38,849 nucleotides of DNA from an uncultured Ignavibacteriales bacterium (GCA_964611355.1 CAZSYD010000019.1:1-38849), one strand, 5' to 3'. Counted from the first letter of the stretch, positions 8,383-18,783 are shown. The notes: a model not told the origin generated them from the letters alone. Numbers and translations: made by a program.

Positions 8383-10605
8383 TTAATTTCTTGGCTGAAT
8401 TTTATCTAATATTAATTTAGCGGTTTTACCGAGTCCTGAGTTGCGCGAGAATAGCTTTTCGCCTTGCTCTCTGGCCAGATATTCTTCCGCTTTTCTCAAA
8501 GATTTTTCATCTCCAAGTTTTTCAAGCCCTTTTACAATCATTTCTCGGATGTCATCAACCGAGGCCTTTCCGGATGAGAGCGATTTAAGCTTTTCCTGGT
8601 TTTCCAGCAGATTGACCAGAAAATCTCGCGCCTCCCCCGAACCGGTTTGGGCAATAGCGTTAATTATACGGGAAACCTCAGTTTTTATCCGAGAAAGCAG
8701 ATCGATAAAAAACGGAGCCAAATCTCGACGTTTCAAAAGCCCCAGGGTTATTATAGCCATTTCCCTGACCGAAATATCGGTATCTTCGGCAAGTATCATC
8801 AGCAGGTCAACGGACTCGTCTCCCTGTATTTTTTCCAGGGCGCGGACAATTTCCCGGCGTACTCGCGTATCCGGATCGGACAGCCGCATTCGGAGAGCAT
8901 GGCAGGCCTCGGGATCACCGAGATTACCCAGGACAAAGATAGCATTACGAACCGGGAACCACTTCTTATCAGGAAGCTCATGACACCCTTCCCGGCGATA
9001 AAAATTGCTTTCATCCCGCAGTATCTCGGAAGATATAATCACCGCCGGTTTGCCAAGACCGGAGAGAACTTTCAGGCAACGCTGCCGGATCATCCGATCC
9101 GGGTGAGCAACGATTGCGGAAAGCTGCAGGGCCACATCTTCCGATTGAATCGCTATAAGAATATCCCCGATAAACCTCATCTGATCACTTTCGCGAACCT
9201 GCAGTTCCCGAACCATTCGAGCGATCAATTCATGGCCATCGAGATCATCGAAAATCTTTTTGATTATGATTGAATCGTAGATTGTTACTCCATCCTTAAC
9301 CTTTCGGCCGCTCTTAAGGACATTTAGAAACGCGGCCACCGGCTCGTAGCGTCTCAGCGAAAGCATTGATCCAAGCAGTTCCGAGACTGCTTCGGAAAAT
9401 TCGAAGGTTTCCCGGCCCTGGGTAAAAAGATATTGCAGTTTCCTGATGACCAAGTCGAGGAATTCATGATCGCCAAACGAAATCATCGAATTGACAATAT
9501 TACCAAGCAAATAGATCGCGTGCCGGCGAAAGGCATTATTATCGGAAGCCAAATACTCTATCATATCCTCGGTAACACCGGCGGCCTTGCCCATTTGCCG
9601 GGTGCGAACCAGCCGCATAAAGGCGTCATGAAAGCGGGCGTATAATTCCGGATCAAATTCTTTTTCCGAGAAAATCTTATTTCTAATCCCATCGATGGCC
9701 TGAACCGTTTCCAGTTTCAGTTTACCGGAATCCGACAGTGAATCCCGTACGGATAGTGCGGTCAGCCCGCGACTTTCGAATTTGCTTCGGATCTTTTCAA
9801 TCAACACACCCCGTTTCGGGTGATAATCAAAGGATCGAATCAAACGCGCCAACTTGACCCCCGCCGAATCAACATCCTCGGGATCGGCGTCAAAGATTTT
9901 TTCCGCGACTTCCATAAGTTCCGCGGGCTGAAGCTGAGCAAATTTCTCCGGAAGGATATAATTAACTATATCGGTATGAAAATCAATGCCGGTGGCAATC
10001 GCCTGCGTTCCGGTATCGGTGTAGTTGGCGTTCAATATCTTTATCGCCAGGTCAATTTCACCGGAGAAATAATCGGCCACTATGCGACGAACGGAGTAGT
10101 CATCTTTTACGTTGCCGCGGTACCTCCGCCCGGTCTCGAAAATTTTCACCGACAGTTTGTCATTTACCAAGATGGAATTAATATTATGATTCTCAAGAAG
10201 CTTTTCTATCGGGTAACCCGGGTGATTGCCTGGCAGCCTCCGGGCAAAATAACCGACAAAGGCCAGGAGATCATCTGCCGTAAGGCTCATATCAAACAGG
10301 ATCGATTTGATATCCAACTGCTGCATACATTCCTTCAGGTAGTCCATATTACCGGAGTCGGCCATCAGGATATTATTGGCAAACAACTTCCCTTCGGTAA
10401 GAATAAGACTGAAATACTTCTTGAAACCAAAAATCTTTTGAAGATCAAGGAATGGGCGCGAAATCGACTTCCTGACCATTGGATGATCTTTTGAATATAT
10501 CGCCGCCTTGCGGCACAGGACATAAAGCTCATGCACGATTTCGCCGGAAAGTTCATTCAGATCAGTCTTGAAACTCTGTTCACTGAGATTTATTCTCGGT
10601 TTCAT
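8383..10605 (-). CDS. Large cytoplasmic HEAT-repeat protein (about 740 aa), function unknown
   Basis: C-terminal PBS-lyase-type HEAT repeats (VRNAIFVLGNLG, DPDTRVRREIVRALEKI, VREMAIITLG); no signal peptide. ATG at 10605 overlaps the upstream stop (TGATG). Confidence 0.85.
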   Translation of the reverse strand: MKPRINLSEQSFKTDLNELSGEIVHELYVLCRKAAIYSKDHPMVRKSISRPFLDLQKIFGFKKYFSLILTEGKLFANNILMADSGNMDYLKECMQQLDIKSILFDMSLTADDLLAFVGYFARRLPGNHPGYPIEKLLENHNINSILVNDKLSVKIFETGRRYRGNVKDDYSVRRIVADYFSGEIDLAIKILNANYTDTGTQAIATGIDFHTDIVNYILPEKFAQLQPAELMEVAEKIFDADPEDVDSAGVKLARLIRSFDYHPKRGVLIEKIRSKFESRGLTALSVRDSLSDSGKLKLETVQAIDGIRNKIFSEKEFDPELYARFHDAFMRLVRTRQMGKAAGVTEDMIEYLASDNNAFRRHAIYLLGNIVNSMISFGDHEFLDLVIRKLQYLFTQGRETFEFSEAVSELLGSMLSLRRYEPVAAFLNVLKSGRKVKDGVTIYDSIIIKKIFDDLDGHELIARMVRELQVRESDQMRFIGDILIAIQSEDVALQLSAIVAHPDRMIRQRCLKVLSGLGKPAVIISSEILRDESNFYRREGCHELPDKKWFPVRNAIFVLGNLGDPEACHALRMRLSDPDTRVRREIVRALEKIQGDESVDLLMILAEDTDISVREMAIITLGLLKRRDLAPFFIDLLSRIKTEVSRIINAIAQTGSGEARDFLVNLLENQEKLKSLSSGKASVDDIREMIVKGLEKLGDEKSLRKAEEYLAREQGEKLFSRNSGLGKTAKLILDKIQPRN

Positions 10606-11729
10606 CAATCAACCTCAAAGCAATAGACGCGGTTTTTTTCGCATACGGCAAACATCCGGCCACCGTCAACCGCAACGGACTGTGTTATCGACCCCTGCAA
10701 CCGGCGCCTGTCCAGCAGCTTCCCGTCAGCCCGGTCGAGGCTGTACAAAAAGCGATCATACGAACCAACCACAACTGCCCGTCCGATCACGACCGGCGCG
10801 GCCGTAACGATGCCGTCCGTCTGGTACTCCCATTCCAGTGTACCGTCATCGGCGGCAAGACAGTATATCTTGCCGTCGTTACATCCCAGGTATATCTTTC
10901 CATCAGCCTCAGTCAGTGCTCCCCTGATTGGGTAGGCCAGCGATTGTTCCCAAATTTTTCCTCCGGTGTGCCGATCCATGGCGATCACTCGTCCGTCTGC
11001 AAGACCGCAAAACAGATATCGCCCCAGGCTTAACTCGGATACCACGTCAGCGTCAGTTTCTTTCATCCAGACTAAACTTCCGTCGTCGGCGCCAACGGCC
11101 AGAGCCTTGCGCTTTCCTGAGATGAAATAGATATTCTCTCCATCAGTTACCGGCGCCGCGTCAACCATTCCCCTGGATTCGTAAGACCACACCGTTTGCA
11201 GGTCAGGTACGCCAAAAGCCGCAATTCCGGCCGTAGTGCCGAAAGTCAAACTGTTTTTTACATTTATCGGCCCTGATCTGATTTCATTTACCGTCCTTTC
11301 CGTCAGCGTTTTTCCGGTAAACAAATTAATTACCTGTATCCGGCCAAGAGGAACTCGCCTTACTAATACCAGCAGAGAATCAACGATCACCGGCCGGCGG
11401 ATAACCCCCTTACCTTTACGGATTCGACAAACCCGACGGCCGGTTTGCCGATCCAAAACCAAAAAACGACTGCGACCGGTATTGAAAGCAAGATACTTTT
11501 CCCCTACCAGTATCGGAGTAAAGGCCGAGCCTTTGATTTTTTTCTCGTATAAAAGCTTCAAATCGCCGTTAAAAGGCGCCTTTGATATCCTGTATGCGGC
11601 TTGTTGATTTTGCGAACGCGGCCAGACCATCTCAAACATCCCGCCATCGCGGGGCAGATGTTTTTTGGCCGTGCACCCGGCCGCGGCCAGACCGAGGAGC
11701 AGAATTATGATATAACGCAAAAAGTTCAT
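10605..11729 (-). CDS. PQQ-like beta-propeller lipoprotein (BamB-like)
   Basis: Lipobox LAAAGC after the hydrophobic stretch, and repeated AxDxxxGxxxW Trp-docking motifs. ATG at 11729 overlaps the Omp85 stop (TGATG). Confidence 0.85.
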   Translation of the reverse strand: MNFLRYIIILLLGLAAAGCTAKKHLPRDGGMFEMVWPRSQNQQAAYRISKAPFNGDLKLLYEKKIKGSAFTPILVGEKYLAFNTGRSRFLVLDRQTGRRVCRIRKGKGVIRRPVIVDSLLVLVRRVPLGRIQVINLFTGKTLTERTVNEIRSGPINVKNSLTFGTTAGIAAFGVPDLQTVWSYESRGMVDAAPVTDGENIYFISGKRKALAVGADDGSLVWMKETDADVVSELSLGRYLFCGLADGRVIAMDRHTGGKIWEQSLAYPIRGALTEADGKIYLGCNDGKIYCLAADDGTLEWEYQTDGIVTAAPVVIGRAVVVGSYDRFLYSLDRADGKLLDRRRLQGSITQSVAVDGGRMFAVCEKNRVYCFEVD

Positions 11730-14539
11730 CAGAAATTCCATCCGAAAAAGAACGAAGTCCTTGTATGATGGGAAATGCTTCTAAAGTCGTGGGTCCTGGC
11801 GAAATCAAACCGCAAAACCACCAGATACCCGAGAGCTATCCGAACGGAAGCCCCGAACGATCCGTTCCAGCCGTTCCACCTGTCGTCCCAAGCCGCGCCG
11901 GTATCGTGGAAAATCGCACCCCTGATGCCCCGAAGCCGGAAATCACCGAAAGGGAAGGCAACCAGCAAGTCATTTATCAGTGGGAAACGCAACTCCTCCG
12001 AATTGAATAAAACATTGCGGTTGTAAAAATGCCTTCGACCGTAACCCCGAAACGACCAGCTTCCTCCAAAATAAATTCTTTGAGGTTCAACGCCCGCCGA
12101 AGAAAAGGCAAAAAAGCGGCTGGCCACGCAGGAAAGCCGCTTTAACCTGAAATAATGTCTGAAGTCAGCCGATGCCAGCCGGTTGAAGTTTCTCCCGGAT
12201 TTGATATCATATGTCCAGCCCAGGGTCAGATTAAATCGCCGTCCTTCCAGCGGGCCGGTTGCTTCCCAGAGAGTATTGTCAGTGATATAACTTACCAACT
12301 GAGTTGCCATGAATGCTTTCCTGTTTTTTATTCCAAAAAAGATATCCTTATTGGAATGCCTCAAAAACAGCGAAGATTCAATCCGATCAAACTTGGAGAT
12401 GGGGTAGCTGGCAAACGCCGCTCCACCAATCACGCGTTCGAAATAATAGCCGTCAAAGTCGTTATAATATTCATCGTACAGATGAAAAGCTCCCATCCCC
12501 CAGTTCAGTCTGCGCGTGCGCCGCAAATATGTAACCGTGACGTTGAAACTGGAAAGAAATTCGTCCTTGTCCTGAGCGGTATTGGCAAGCAGAAAGATAA
12601 TCGTATTATTCCCAAGAACGTCGCTGATCCCCGCCTGGATACCGCCTATGGCGCCGTAAACGTCGTTGTAGGCAACCGCCGATTGAGCGATATCAAGAGA
12701 ATAATGCGTCTGATACTTAACCGCTGCGGCACAGGTGGCGGCGTCGATTCGCCCGGGCCGCCAGCGGCCCTCGACGCCGTCGCCCGCTTCGGCGATAACC
12801 GGAACGGGTTCGGAATCTGAAATCTTAAAAATACCGAAGCCCATATTCTGATAGGCCCCAAAATAGATTTCATCAGGATCGGCTCCGAAACGGGGATCAA
12901 AAGCGCCGGTAATATATTCCGTCAACTGGGACAGTCCGCCTTCATTATCAAGGCTGAAAATATTAAAAGCCGATTCACCGCCCCTGTCGGAGGAAAAAAT
13001 TATCCGCGAACCATCGGGGCTCTCATCGGGCCCCCGGTCATGGTATCGCCCACAGGTCAGCCGCTTCAGCGAATAGTCATCCAGCCGCAGCCGATAAAGC
13101 GATTTATATCCTTCGTATCCGTCCTCGCCGCGGTCGGAAGAAAAGATAATTGACCTTCCGTCATGGCTGAAACAAGGATCAAGGTCATTGTAAATATCAT
13201 TGGTCAGACGATATAGTTTGCCTGATTCCAATTCCAGAGTATAGAGATCAGCGTACCCGGAATAATGATTACCGGTGAAAACCACCCACCAGCCATCGGG
13301 CGAGAAACGGGGCGAGGCAATTGACGCCAGTTTGTCGAACTCGTATTTTCGAGTGACTTCGCGATTTTCAATATCATAGATATAGAGCACGTCCTTTTCC
13401 TTCGACTTGGAGGAAAAGGTTAAAAATCGATTGTCGTGTTGATCGACGCCGCTGGTCATCAGATGAAGCGATTCAAATTTCGATGAGAGGTCTCCCTTGA
13501 GGAACATTTCCGTCTTTTTGCCATCGCCGTCGGCGGGCATCATATATATGGCGCTGTAGCCTGCTTTGTTGGCCTTATAGATTACCCACTGTTCTTTATT
13601 ACCTTTTTTATCCGTGAGTGTAATCGGCGCCGGTCTGACGGCAAACTGCTTCTTCGTCAATCGCACGGCGTCCCGATCAGGTAAATCAAGGTCGGCGATT
13701 TGCGGAAAGTATTTCTTTTTCAGGTAATAAGTCCACTTTCTTGAAAGCGATTCGAAATCATCTCCGACCGTATATGCGACTACCGACTCAAAATCGTGCC
13801 CCATATGCCAGTTCTCAAAAAGCTTTGTCAATTTATCTTCGCCGTAATAATCATGAATAAAATTACAGATTGACTGACCCAGCTTATACATAAAATAGGT
13901 CCCGCGAACTCTCCAAAGATTGTCAATCGAGGGCAGGGTACCATTGATCACCATATCACGGACAATCAGATCGGCTTCGCTGTCCCACTTCCTTGACCAG
14001 AATTCCGCTATTCCTTCGATAAACCAGAGGGGAGGATACACGCCATAAAGTCGGCCGTATTTCCGTGTATTGCGACTAATTTTGGACAGGGTAAAGACAT
14101 GAACCAGTTCGTGACGGATTACCCGGTCGAAATCGTGATAAGACCCGTTAAACGGCACGACCACCCGACCCTTGATAAACTCGGTAAAGCCGCCCACGTT
14201 CTCCGGCAGCATCGCCCAAGTAACGTTGGTTTGCACGAAATGATTGGGATTACTGTAGATAATAAGGGGTGTTTTCGAGTAGATTTCATGGTTGAATTTG
14301 GAAGCCAGAAAACGATACGATTCTTCGGCCGACCGGGCTGCGATTTCCGCCAGTTCGGTTTCTTCGGAATAGAAATAAATCCGGAAATGATCAGTGACCA
14401 TAACGCGCCAGTCGAACCGGGTGTACTGGACTTTATTCTTTCCGAAATAAAACTGGGCCGTAACCGGCGCAGCGCAGATCGCCGCGATAAACAGCGCGGC
14501 CAAAATAATCAATAATGTCTTGTTTATGTTCATTACCAT
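11729..14539 (-). CDS. Omp85-family protein with an N-terminal MA-clan metallopeptidase domain and a PD40/TolB-like propeller
   Basis: Signal peptide ending VTA|Q; HELVH and WFIEGIAE; repeats PRFSPDG, PCFSHDG and ESPDG; barrel with L6-like FRGY and C-terminal FFFGWNF. Likely start is ATG 14539 or 14533. Confidence 0.85.
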   Translation of the reverse strand: MVMNINKTLLIILAALFIAAICAAPVTAQFYFGKNKVQYTRFDWRVMVTDHFRIYFYSEETELAEIAARSAEESYRFLASKFNHEIYSKTPLIIYSNPNHFVQTNVTWAMLPENVGGFTEFIKGRVVVPFNGSYHDFDRVIRHELVHVFTLSKISRNTRKYGRLYGVYPPLWFIEGIAEFWSRKWDSEADLIVRDMVINGTLPSIDNLWRVRGTYFMYKLGQSICNFIHDYYGEDKLTKLFENWHMGHDFESVVAYTVGDDFESLSRKWTYYLKKKYFPQIADLDLPDRDAVRLTKKQFAVRPAPITLTDKKGNKEQWVIYKANKAGYSAIYMMPADGDGKKTEMFLKGDLSSKFESLHLMTSGVDQHDNRFLTFSSKSKEKDVLYIYDIENREVTRKYEFDKLASIASPRFSPDGWWVVFTGNHYSGYADLYTLELESGKLYRLTNDIYNDLDPCFSHDGRSIIFSSDRGEDGYEGYKSLYRLRLDDYSLKRLTCGRYHDRGPDESPDGSRIIFSSDRGGESAFNIFSLDNEGGLSQLTEYITGAFDPRFGADPDEIYFGAYQNMGFGIFKISDSEPVPVIAEAGDGVEGRWRPGRIDAATCAAAVKYQTHYSLDIAQSAVAYNDVYGAIGGIQAGISDVLGNNTIIFLLANTAQDKDEFLSSFNVTVTYLRRTRRLNWGMGAFHLYDEYYNDFDGYYFERVIGGAAFASYPISKFDRIESSLFLRHSNKDIFFGIKNRKAFMATQLVSYITDNTLWEATGPLEGRRFNLTLGWTYDIKSGRNFNRLASADFRHYFRLKRLSCVASRFFAFSSAGVEPQRIYFGGSWSFRGYGRRHFYNRNVLFNSEELRFPLINDLLVAFPFGDFRLRGIRGAIFHDTGAAWDDRWNGWNGSFGASVRIALGYLVVLRFDFARTHDFRSISHHTRTSFFFGWNF

Positions 14540-14624
14540 AGAAAACGATTCCCGGTAAAGGCCGGTTCCCCGCCGCATTTTATCAAATGACGAATAACAC
14601 CTTATTAACGCTTGATTATTAATA

Positions 14625-14651
14625 CTATCGGTCAAAACAGGGCGGCCTTCA
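14625..14651 (-). promoter_or_regulatory. sigma28-like promoter candidate upstream of the Omp85 gene
   Basis: TGAA-N15-ACCGATAG. Confidence 0.3.
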
Positions 14652-14669
14652 GATGTGAGCTTCTTTCTT

Positions 14670-15668
14670 TTATTTCTTCAATATTATATCGGATTGAGCA
14701 CCGCATTTACGGCATTTGCCGTCCTGATCAAGCCCAGTAACCTTTATATGATACCAGGATCGTTCGATGAGAATGTCGCCGCACGACCTGCAATAGGTAT
14801 TTGAGCATCCTTCGATTTCCATATTGCCGACAAATACGTTGGCCAGGTACTGCCGCATAATCCGATACGCTTGCTTCATCGTCTCCGGGGGCGTCCGCGG
14901 ATTATCGAGCCGGTAACTGGGATGATAAACCGACAGGTGAAGCGGAATCGACTGGTCGACCGAAGCGACAAATTCACCCAGTTTATGGAAATCCTCTTCG
15001 CTGTCATTCAATCCCGGAATGACCAGGTTGGTTAATTCCAGGTGAGCCGAAGATGCCGCCACGATTCGGATCACTTCAAGGACAGGCTCAAGCTTCCCCT
15101 TGCATATTTTCACATAAAAATCGGGGCGCATCGCCTTGAGATCGATATTGAAAGCGTCTATCAGCGGAAGCAGGCGTTTCAAAGGTCCGGGATTTACATA
15201 CCCGTTGGTAACCATTACGTTGACCAGTCCCGCGTCTCTGATTCGGGGAGCCGATTCGAGAATATATTCATACCAGATCAACGGCTCGGTATAGGTATAG
15301 GCAATCCCGACCGAACCTTGCTGGGAAGCCACGCGGGGCAGGTCCCGGGGATCAATATAGGTGGTGCCGACCTTTTCCTGTGAAATCTGCCAGTTCTGGC
15401 AATAGCGACAGGATAAGTTGCAGCCGTTAACGCCGATGGAAACGATATCGGTTGTTGGTAGAAAATGATAGAGCGGTTTTTTCTCCATCGGGTCTATGCC
15501 GATGGTAACCGTTTCGCCGAAGTTGTCGGTCTTAAGCGTCCCGTTATCATTAAAACGACATCTGCAAATGCCGCGTTGTCCGGGCTTGAGACGACATTCG
15601 GCGGGACAAAGCCCGCATTGGACTTCCCGGTCGTCAAGCTTTTCGAAATACAGGGCGTCGTGTATCAT
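14670..15668 (-). CDS. amrS: AmmeMemoRadiSam system radical SAM enzyme
   Basis: N-terminal CxLCPxxC...GxC, DPMEKKPLYHF, CNLSCRYCQNWQISQ, YTYTEP and C-terminal CxxC pairs. Confidence 0.92.
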   Translation of the reverse strand: MIHDALYFEKLDDREVQCGLCPAECRLKPGQRGICRCRFNDNGTLKTDNFGETVTIGIDPMEKKPLYHFLPTTDIVSIGVNGCNLSCRYCQNWQISQEKVGTTYIDPRDLPRVASQQGSVGIAYTYTEPLIWYEYILESAPRIRDAGLVNVMVTNGYVNPGPLKRLLPLIDAFNIDLKAMRPDFYVKICKGKLEPVLEVIRIVAASSAHLELTNLVIPGLNDSEEDFHKLGEFVASVDQSIPLHLSVYHPSYRLDNPRTPPETMKQAYRIMRQYLANVFVGNMEIEGCSNTYCRSCGDILIERSWYHIKVTGLDQDGKCRKCGAQSDIILKK

Positions 15669-17226
15669 TTCTGGAAATAATAACCTCAGCGGCGGTTCTT
15701 AAATCGTCGCAAACATGATCGGGTTTCAAAAACGGATGAACGGGAATTTCCTTTTCCGCTGCCGCCCCCTTGCCCGTACGGACAAGAATAGTCGCTGTCC
15801 CGGCCGCTTTCCCGCACTGGATGTCGCTATATTTATCCCCGATCATGAATGATCTCTTTATGTCAATACCATGCCGGATCGCCGCTTTTTCCAGCATTCC
15901 GGGCTTTGGCTTCCGGTCGTAAGGGTCGCCGGTAAACTCAGGATCGTCCCCGTCAGGATGGTAGGGGCAAAAACGGATATCATCCGGTTCACAGCCGGCG
16001 TTTTTCATCTCCCTGCTCATGCGGTCATGAACCGCCTCAACGGTTTCGACCGGGAAAAACCCCCGGGCTACGCCCGACTGGTTGGAAACGATTACAATTT
16101 TATACCCGGCCTCTTTCAGATATTTAACCGCATCCAGCGAGCCGTCCGGAAAAACAAGCTGGTTCGGATCACCAAGATAATGTTTATCCTCAATCAGACA
16201 GCCGTCCCGGTCGATAAATACCGCCGGTTGCAGAGTAATACCCTCAAGCATCTCGCCAACTTTACCGTAAACCGTATCAACGGTCAGGCGGGTGAAGCAA
16301 TACTGCTCTTCCCGATAGCATGGCTCATTACCATGCAGCGAACAGGGACGGCATTTCTCATCCGTGGCGACGATAACGTCATGCAGACCGCGTGGATAGA
16401 ATCCGAGCTGCTCATGGGTAGGGCCGAAAAGAGCCAGCGTCGGCGTGCCAACCGCCGACGACACATGCATAAGTCCCGAATCGTTGGTAATCGTCAGGCA
16501 CGACTGAGAAAGAAGCGCAGCGATTTCAACTACCGGATGATTATTGTAAACGGTCACGGCCTCTTTGGGCAAATGGGCGAAGCGGCTGGCAAGATCGGCT
16601 TCGGCCTCACCCAGAAACAGTTTAATGGGCAATTTGAAATCATAGATAATCCGCTCAGCTAGTCCGGCGAATCGATCGGTCGGCCACGCTTTGACCGGCG
16701 AACTGGCTCCCGGCGCGACGGCTACGCCGTTTCTTTCGGCATCCAAACCCAAAAGCGCTTCATCGGCAAGCTTCAGATCGGGACGGCGGGCGAGGATTTC
16801 ACCCTTCAATTGATCGATAACGACGTTATACAGGTCAATCGTATGGGGTACGGGCGAGACAAACTTTTTCTCATTAACCGCCGCCTGTCTCGCCTTGCGC
16901 CGCTTGGTATAAACAACCTTGTAAGGAGCCCTGGTCATATTGGCCAGATGAAACGATCTGAAATTCTTATGCAGGTCAACCATCAACCTAGGCTCATATT
17001 CATCTATTTGAGACGAGAGCCTGACCAGATCAAAATATGTGCCCCGGTCAGGAAAAGTCAGAACCTCGTCAACGCCGGGAAGTATCCGGGCCAAAGGTTC
17101 ATACGTTTTTCTTGTAACAAAGAGGATTTTCGAATCGGGATAAAGAAATCGGAGGTTTTTGACGGTCGGCCCCGTCAGAGTCACATCGCCAAGCCGTCCC
17201 AAACGTATAACGACAACAGTTTCCAT
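15634..17226 (-). CDS. Fusion of GT9 LPS heptosyltransferase (WaaF/WaaC-like) and GmhB-type heptose 1,7-bisphosphate phosphatase
   Basis: N-part: IRLGRLGDV, APGAS..KAWP, TNDSGLMH, LFGPT. C-part: FIDRDG, VSNQSGVARG, RKPKPGM, MIGDKYSD. ATG at 17226 overlaps the uppP stop (TAATG). Confidence 0.92.
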   Translation of the reverse strand: METVVVIRLGRLGDVTLTGPTVKNLRFLYPDSKILFVTRKTYEPLARILPGVDEVLTFPDRGTYFDLVRLSSQIDEYEPRLMVDLHKNFRSFHLANMTRAPYKVVYTKRRKARQAAVNEKKFVSPVPHTIDLYNVVIDQLKGEILARRPDLKLADEALLGLDAERNGVAVAPGASSPVKAWPTDRFAGLAERIIYDFKLPIKLFLGEAEADLASRFAHLPKEAVTVYNNHPVVEIAALLSQSCLTITNDSGLMHVSSAVGTPTLALFGPTHEQLGFYPRGLHDVIVATDEKCRPCSLHGNEPCYREEQYCFTRLTVDTVYGKVGEMLEGITLQPAVFIDRDGCLIEDKHYLGDPNQLVFPDGSLDAVKYLKEAGYKIVIVSNQSGVARGFFPVETVEAVHDRMSREMKNAGCEPDDIRFCPYHPDGDDPEFTGDPYDRKPKPGMLEKAAIRHGIDIKRSFMIGDKYSDIQCGKAAGTATILVRTGKGAAAEKEIPVHPFLKPDHVCDDLRTAAEVIISRNDTRRPVFRKA

Positions 17227-18014
17227 TACCTTAAATATATAAGCGATATCCCTCCGATCACAAGACAATAAAAGCCAAAATAGAAAAACCTGCCACGACG
17301 GATGATCTTGAGAAGATAATGAATTGACAGGAGACCAAAAATAAACGATACCAGGGCGCCCGGCAAATATAAAAAGAATTGACCCGACTCGAAAAGAGCT
17401 CCGCCGGAAGAAACCAGATCCAGTAAAAACGCTCCGCCGACGGCCGGTATAGACAGGAGAAAGGAAAACTCAGCCGCCAAAGCCGGTTCGACGCCGAGAA
17501 ACATGGCGCATGCAATCGTGCTTCCCGAACGGGACAGGCCGGGCAAAATGGCCGCCGCCTGCGCCGCGCCGATAACAAAACCGCGGCCCATACTAACACT
17601 TAGGCCCCGATTTTTGGCCCAGCGAGTTACAAGAAGAATCAGGCCGGTTACCAACAGCATAACTGCGGCAAATGCAGGCTTGGCGAAAAGGCTCTCGATG
17701 AACGGCTTGAGTGTTATGCCGATGACAACCGCCGGAATGGTGCCGATTAGCAATGCCAGCAAGAGAGTCCGGTTTTCAGTCCCCTCACCACCTCCCAAAT
17801 TAAAAAGAAATCGTATGAGTATAAATATTTTTTTTCTGAAATAGACTAAAACTGCTACCAGCGTCCCGAAGTGAAGCCAGATTTCAAGCGAAACGCCGGG
17901 CGTTTTGAAGCCCAGCAAAGCCTTGCTTATAACAAGATGACCCGATGACGAAATCGGCAAAAATTCGGTCAACCCCTGGATCAAGCCAAGGATAACCGCA
18001 TCCAATATATTCAT
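17226..18014 (-). CDS. uppP: Undecaprenyl-diphosphate phosphatase
   Basis: QGLTEFLPISSSGH, PGLSRSGST and AAEFSFLL. Confidence 0.97.
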   Translation of the reverse strand: MNILDAVILGLIQGLTEFLPISSSGHLVISKALLGFKTPGVSLEIWLHFGTLVAVLVYFRKKIFILIRFLFNLGGGEGTENRTLLLALLIGTIPAVVIGITLKPFIESLFAKPAFAAVMLLVTGLILLVTRWAKNRGLSVSMGRGFVIGAAQAAAILPGLSRSGSTIACAMFLGVEPALAAEFSFLLSIPAVGGAFLLDLVSSGGALFESGQFFLYLPGALVSFIFGLLSIHYLLKIIRRGRFFYFGFYCLVIGGISLIYLR

Positions 18015-18072
18015 TGTATTTTAGTCCGGATGTTTGCCTCTCCGGAAGTACCTGCGCGATATTTCGGCGGCG

Positions 18073-18678
18073 TCAGAACAGCAATACGTCAACGCCGATC
18101 ATAAAGGCCGTTTCGTCATCAATCTGAACTTCGGCAGTAAAATCAGTAAAATTGACGATAGAAAATACGGCCCCAAGGTTGACTCCGGCCTTAAGTTCCG
18201 AATCGCCGCCTGAAACTTTTTGCAACCTCATGTGGAATTGGGCATATGGTTCGATCACGCTTTTATTTTTCAATTCAAAAGGTATCGAACCGATCACCGA
18301 CCCGGTAAAACTCACGATGCTTCCGCCTTCGAAGTCGGCATACTCTACGCCGCCTCCGAGCGCCATGTCAAGTGGATTATCATGCTGTTTGTACTGCCAT
18401 AACTGATATTTGAAATCGCCGCCTAATATGATGCTTCCATCGCCGTGATCCGGGTCAATATACCCCAGCCGGCCCCGGCCTTCGACGAAATCGGAGAATC
18501 CGTATCTCACCGAACCAGCCACGGCCGTAGCGTGATCGGCAAAAACAATGTACCCGCCGGCTACGCCGGCATTAATATCAAGAGCGTCGGCAGATGACAT
18601 CTGCCCCAAAAACTGCGCCGAAATATCGCCGGCCAAAAACAAGAGCAGCGCAGTAATAAAAATCCCTAACGTCCGCAC
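18073..18678 (-). CDS. Exported hypothetical protein, probable small outer-membrane beta-barrel
   Basis: GTG start with AAGGAG SD, signal peptide ending ISA|Q, amphipathic Gly/aromatic strands and C-terminal Phe. Confidence 0.7.
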   Translation of the reverse strand: MRTLGIFITALLLFLAGDISAQFLGQMSSADALDINAGVAGGYIVFADHATAVAGSVRYGFSDFVEGRGRLGYIDPDHGDGSIILGGDFKYQLWQYKQHDNPLDMALGGGVEYADFEGGSIVSFTGSVIGSIPFELKNKSVIEPYAQFHMRLQKVSGGDSELKAGVNLGAVFSIVNFTDFTAEVQIDDETAFMIGVDVLLF

Positions 18679-18783
18679 GGAGGACTCCTTTCTTTATCGA
18701 CTCATGATTTTGTCCTATATAAAAAGCTTTCCCTGCAATAGTCAATTAAAAATCAACCGAACCTTTAACCGGGAAGTTTAGTC

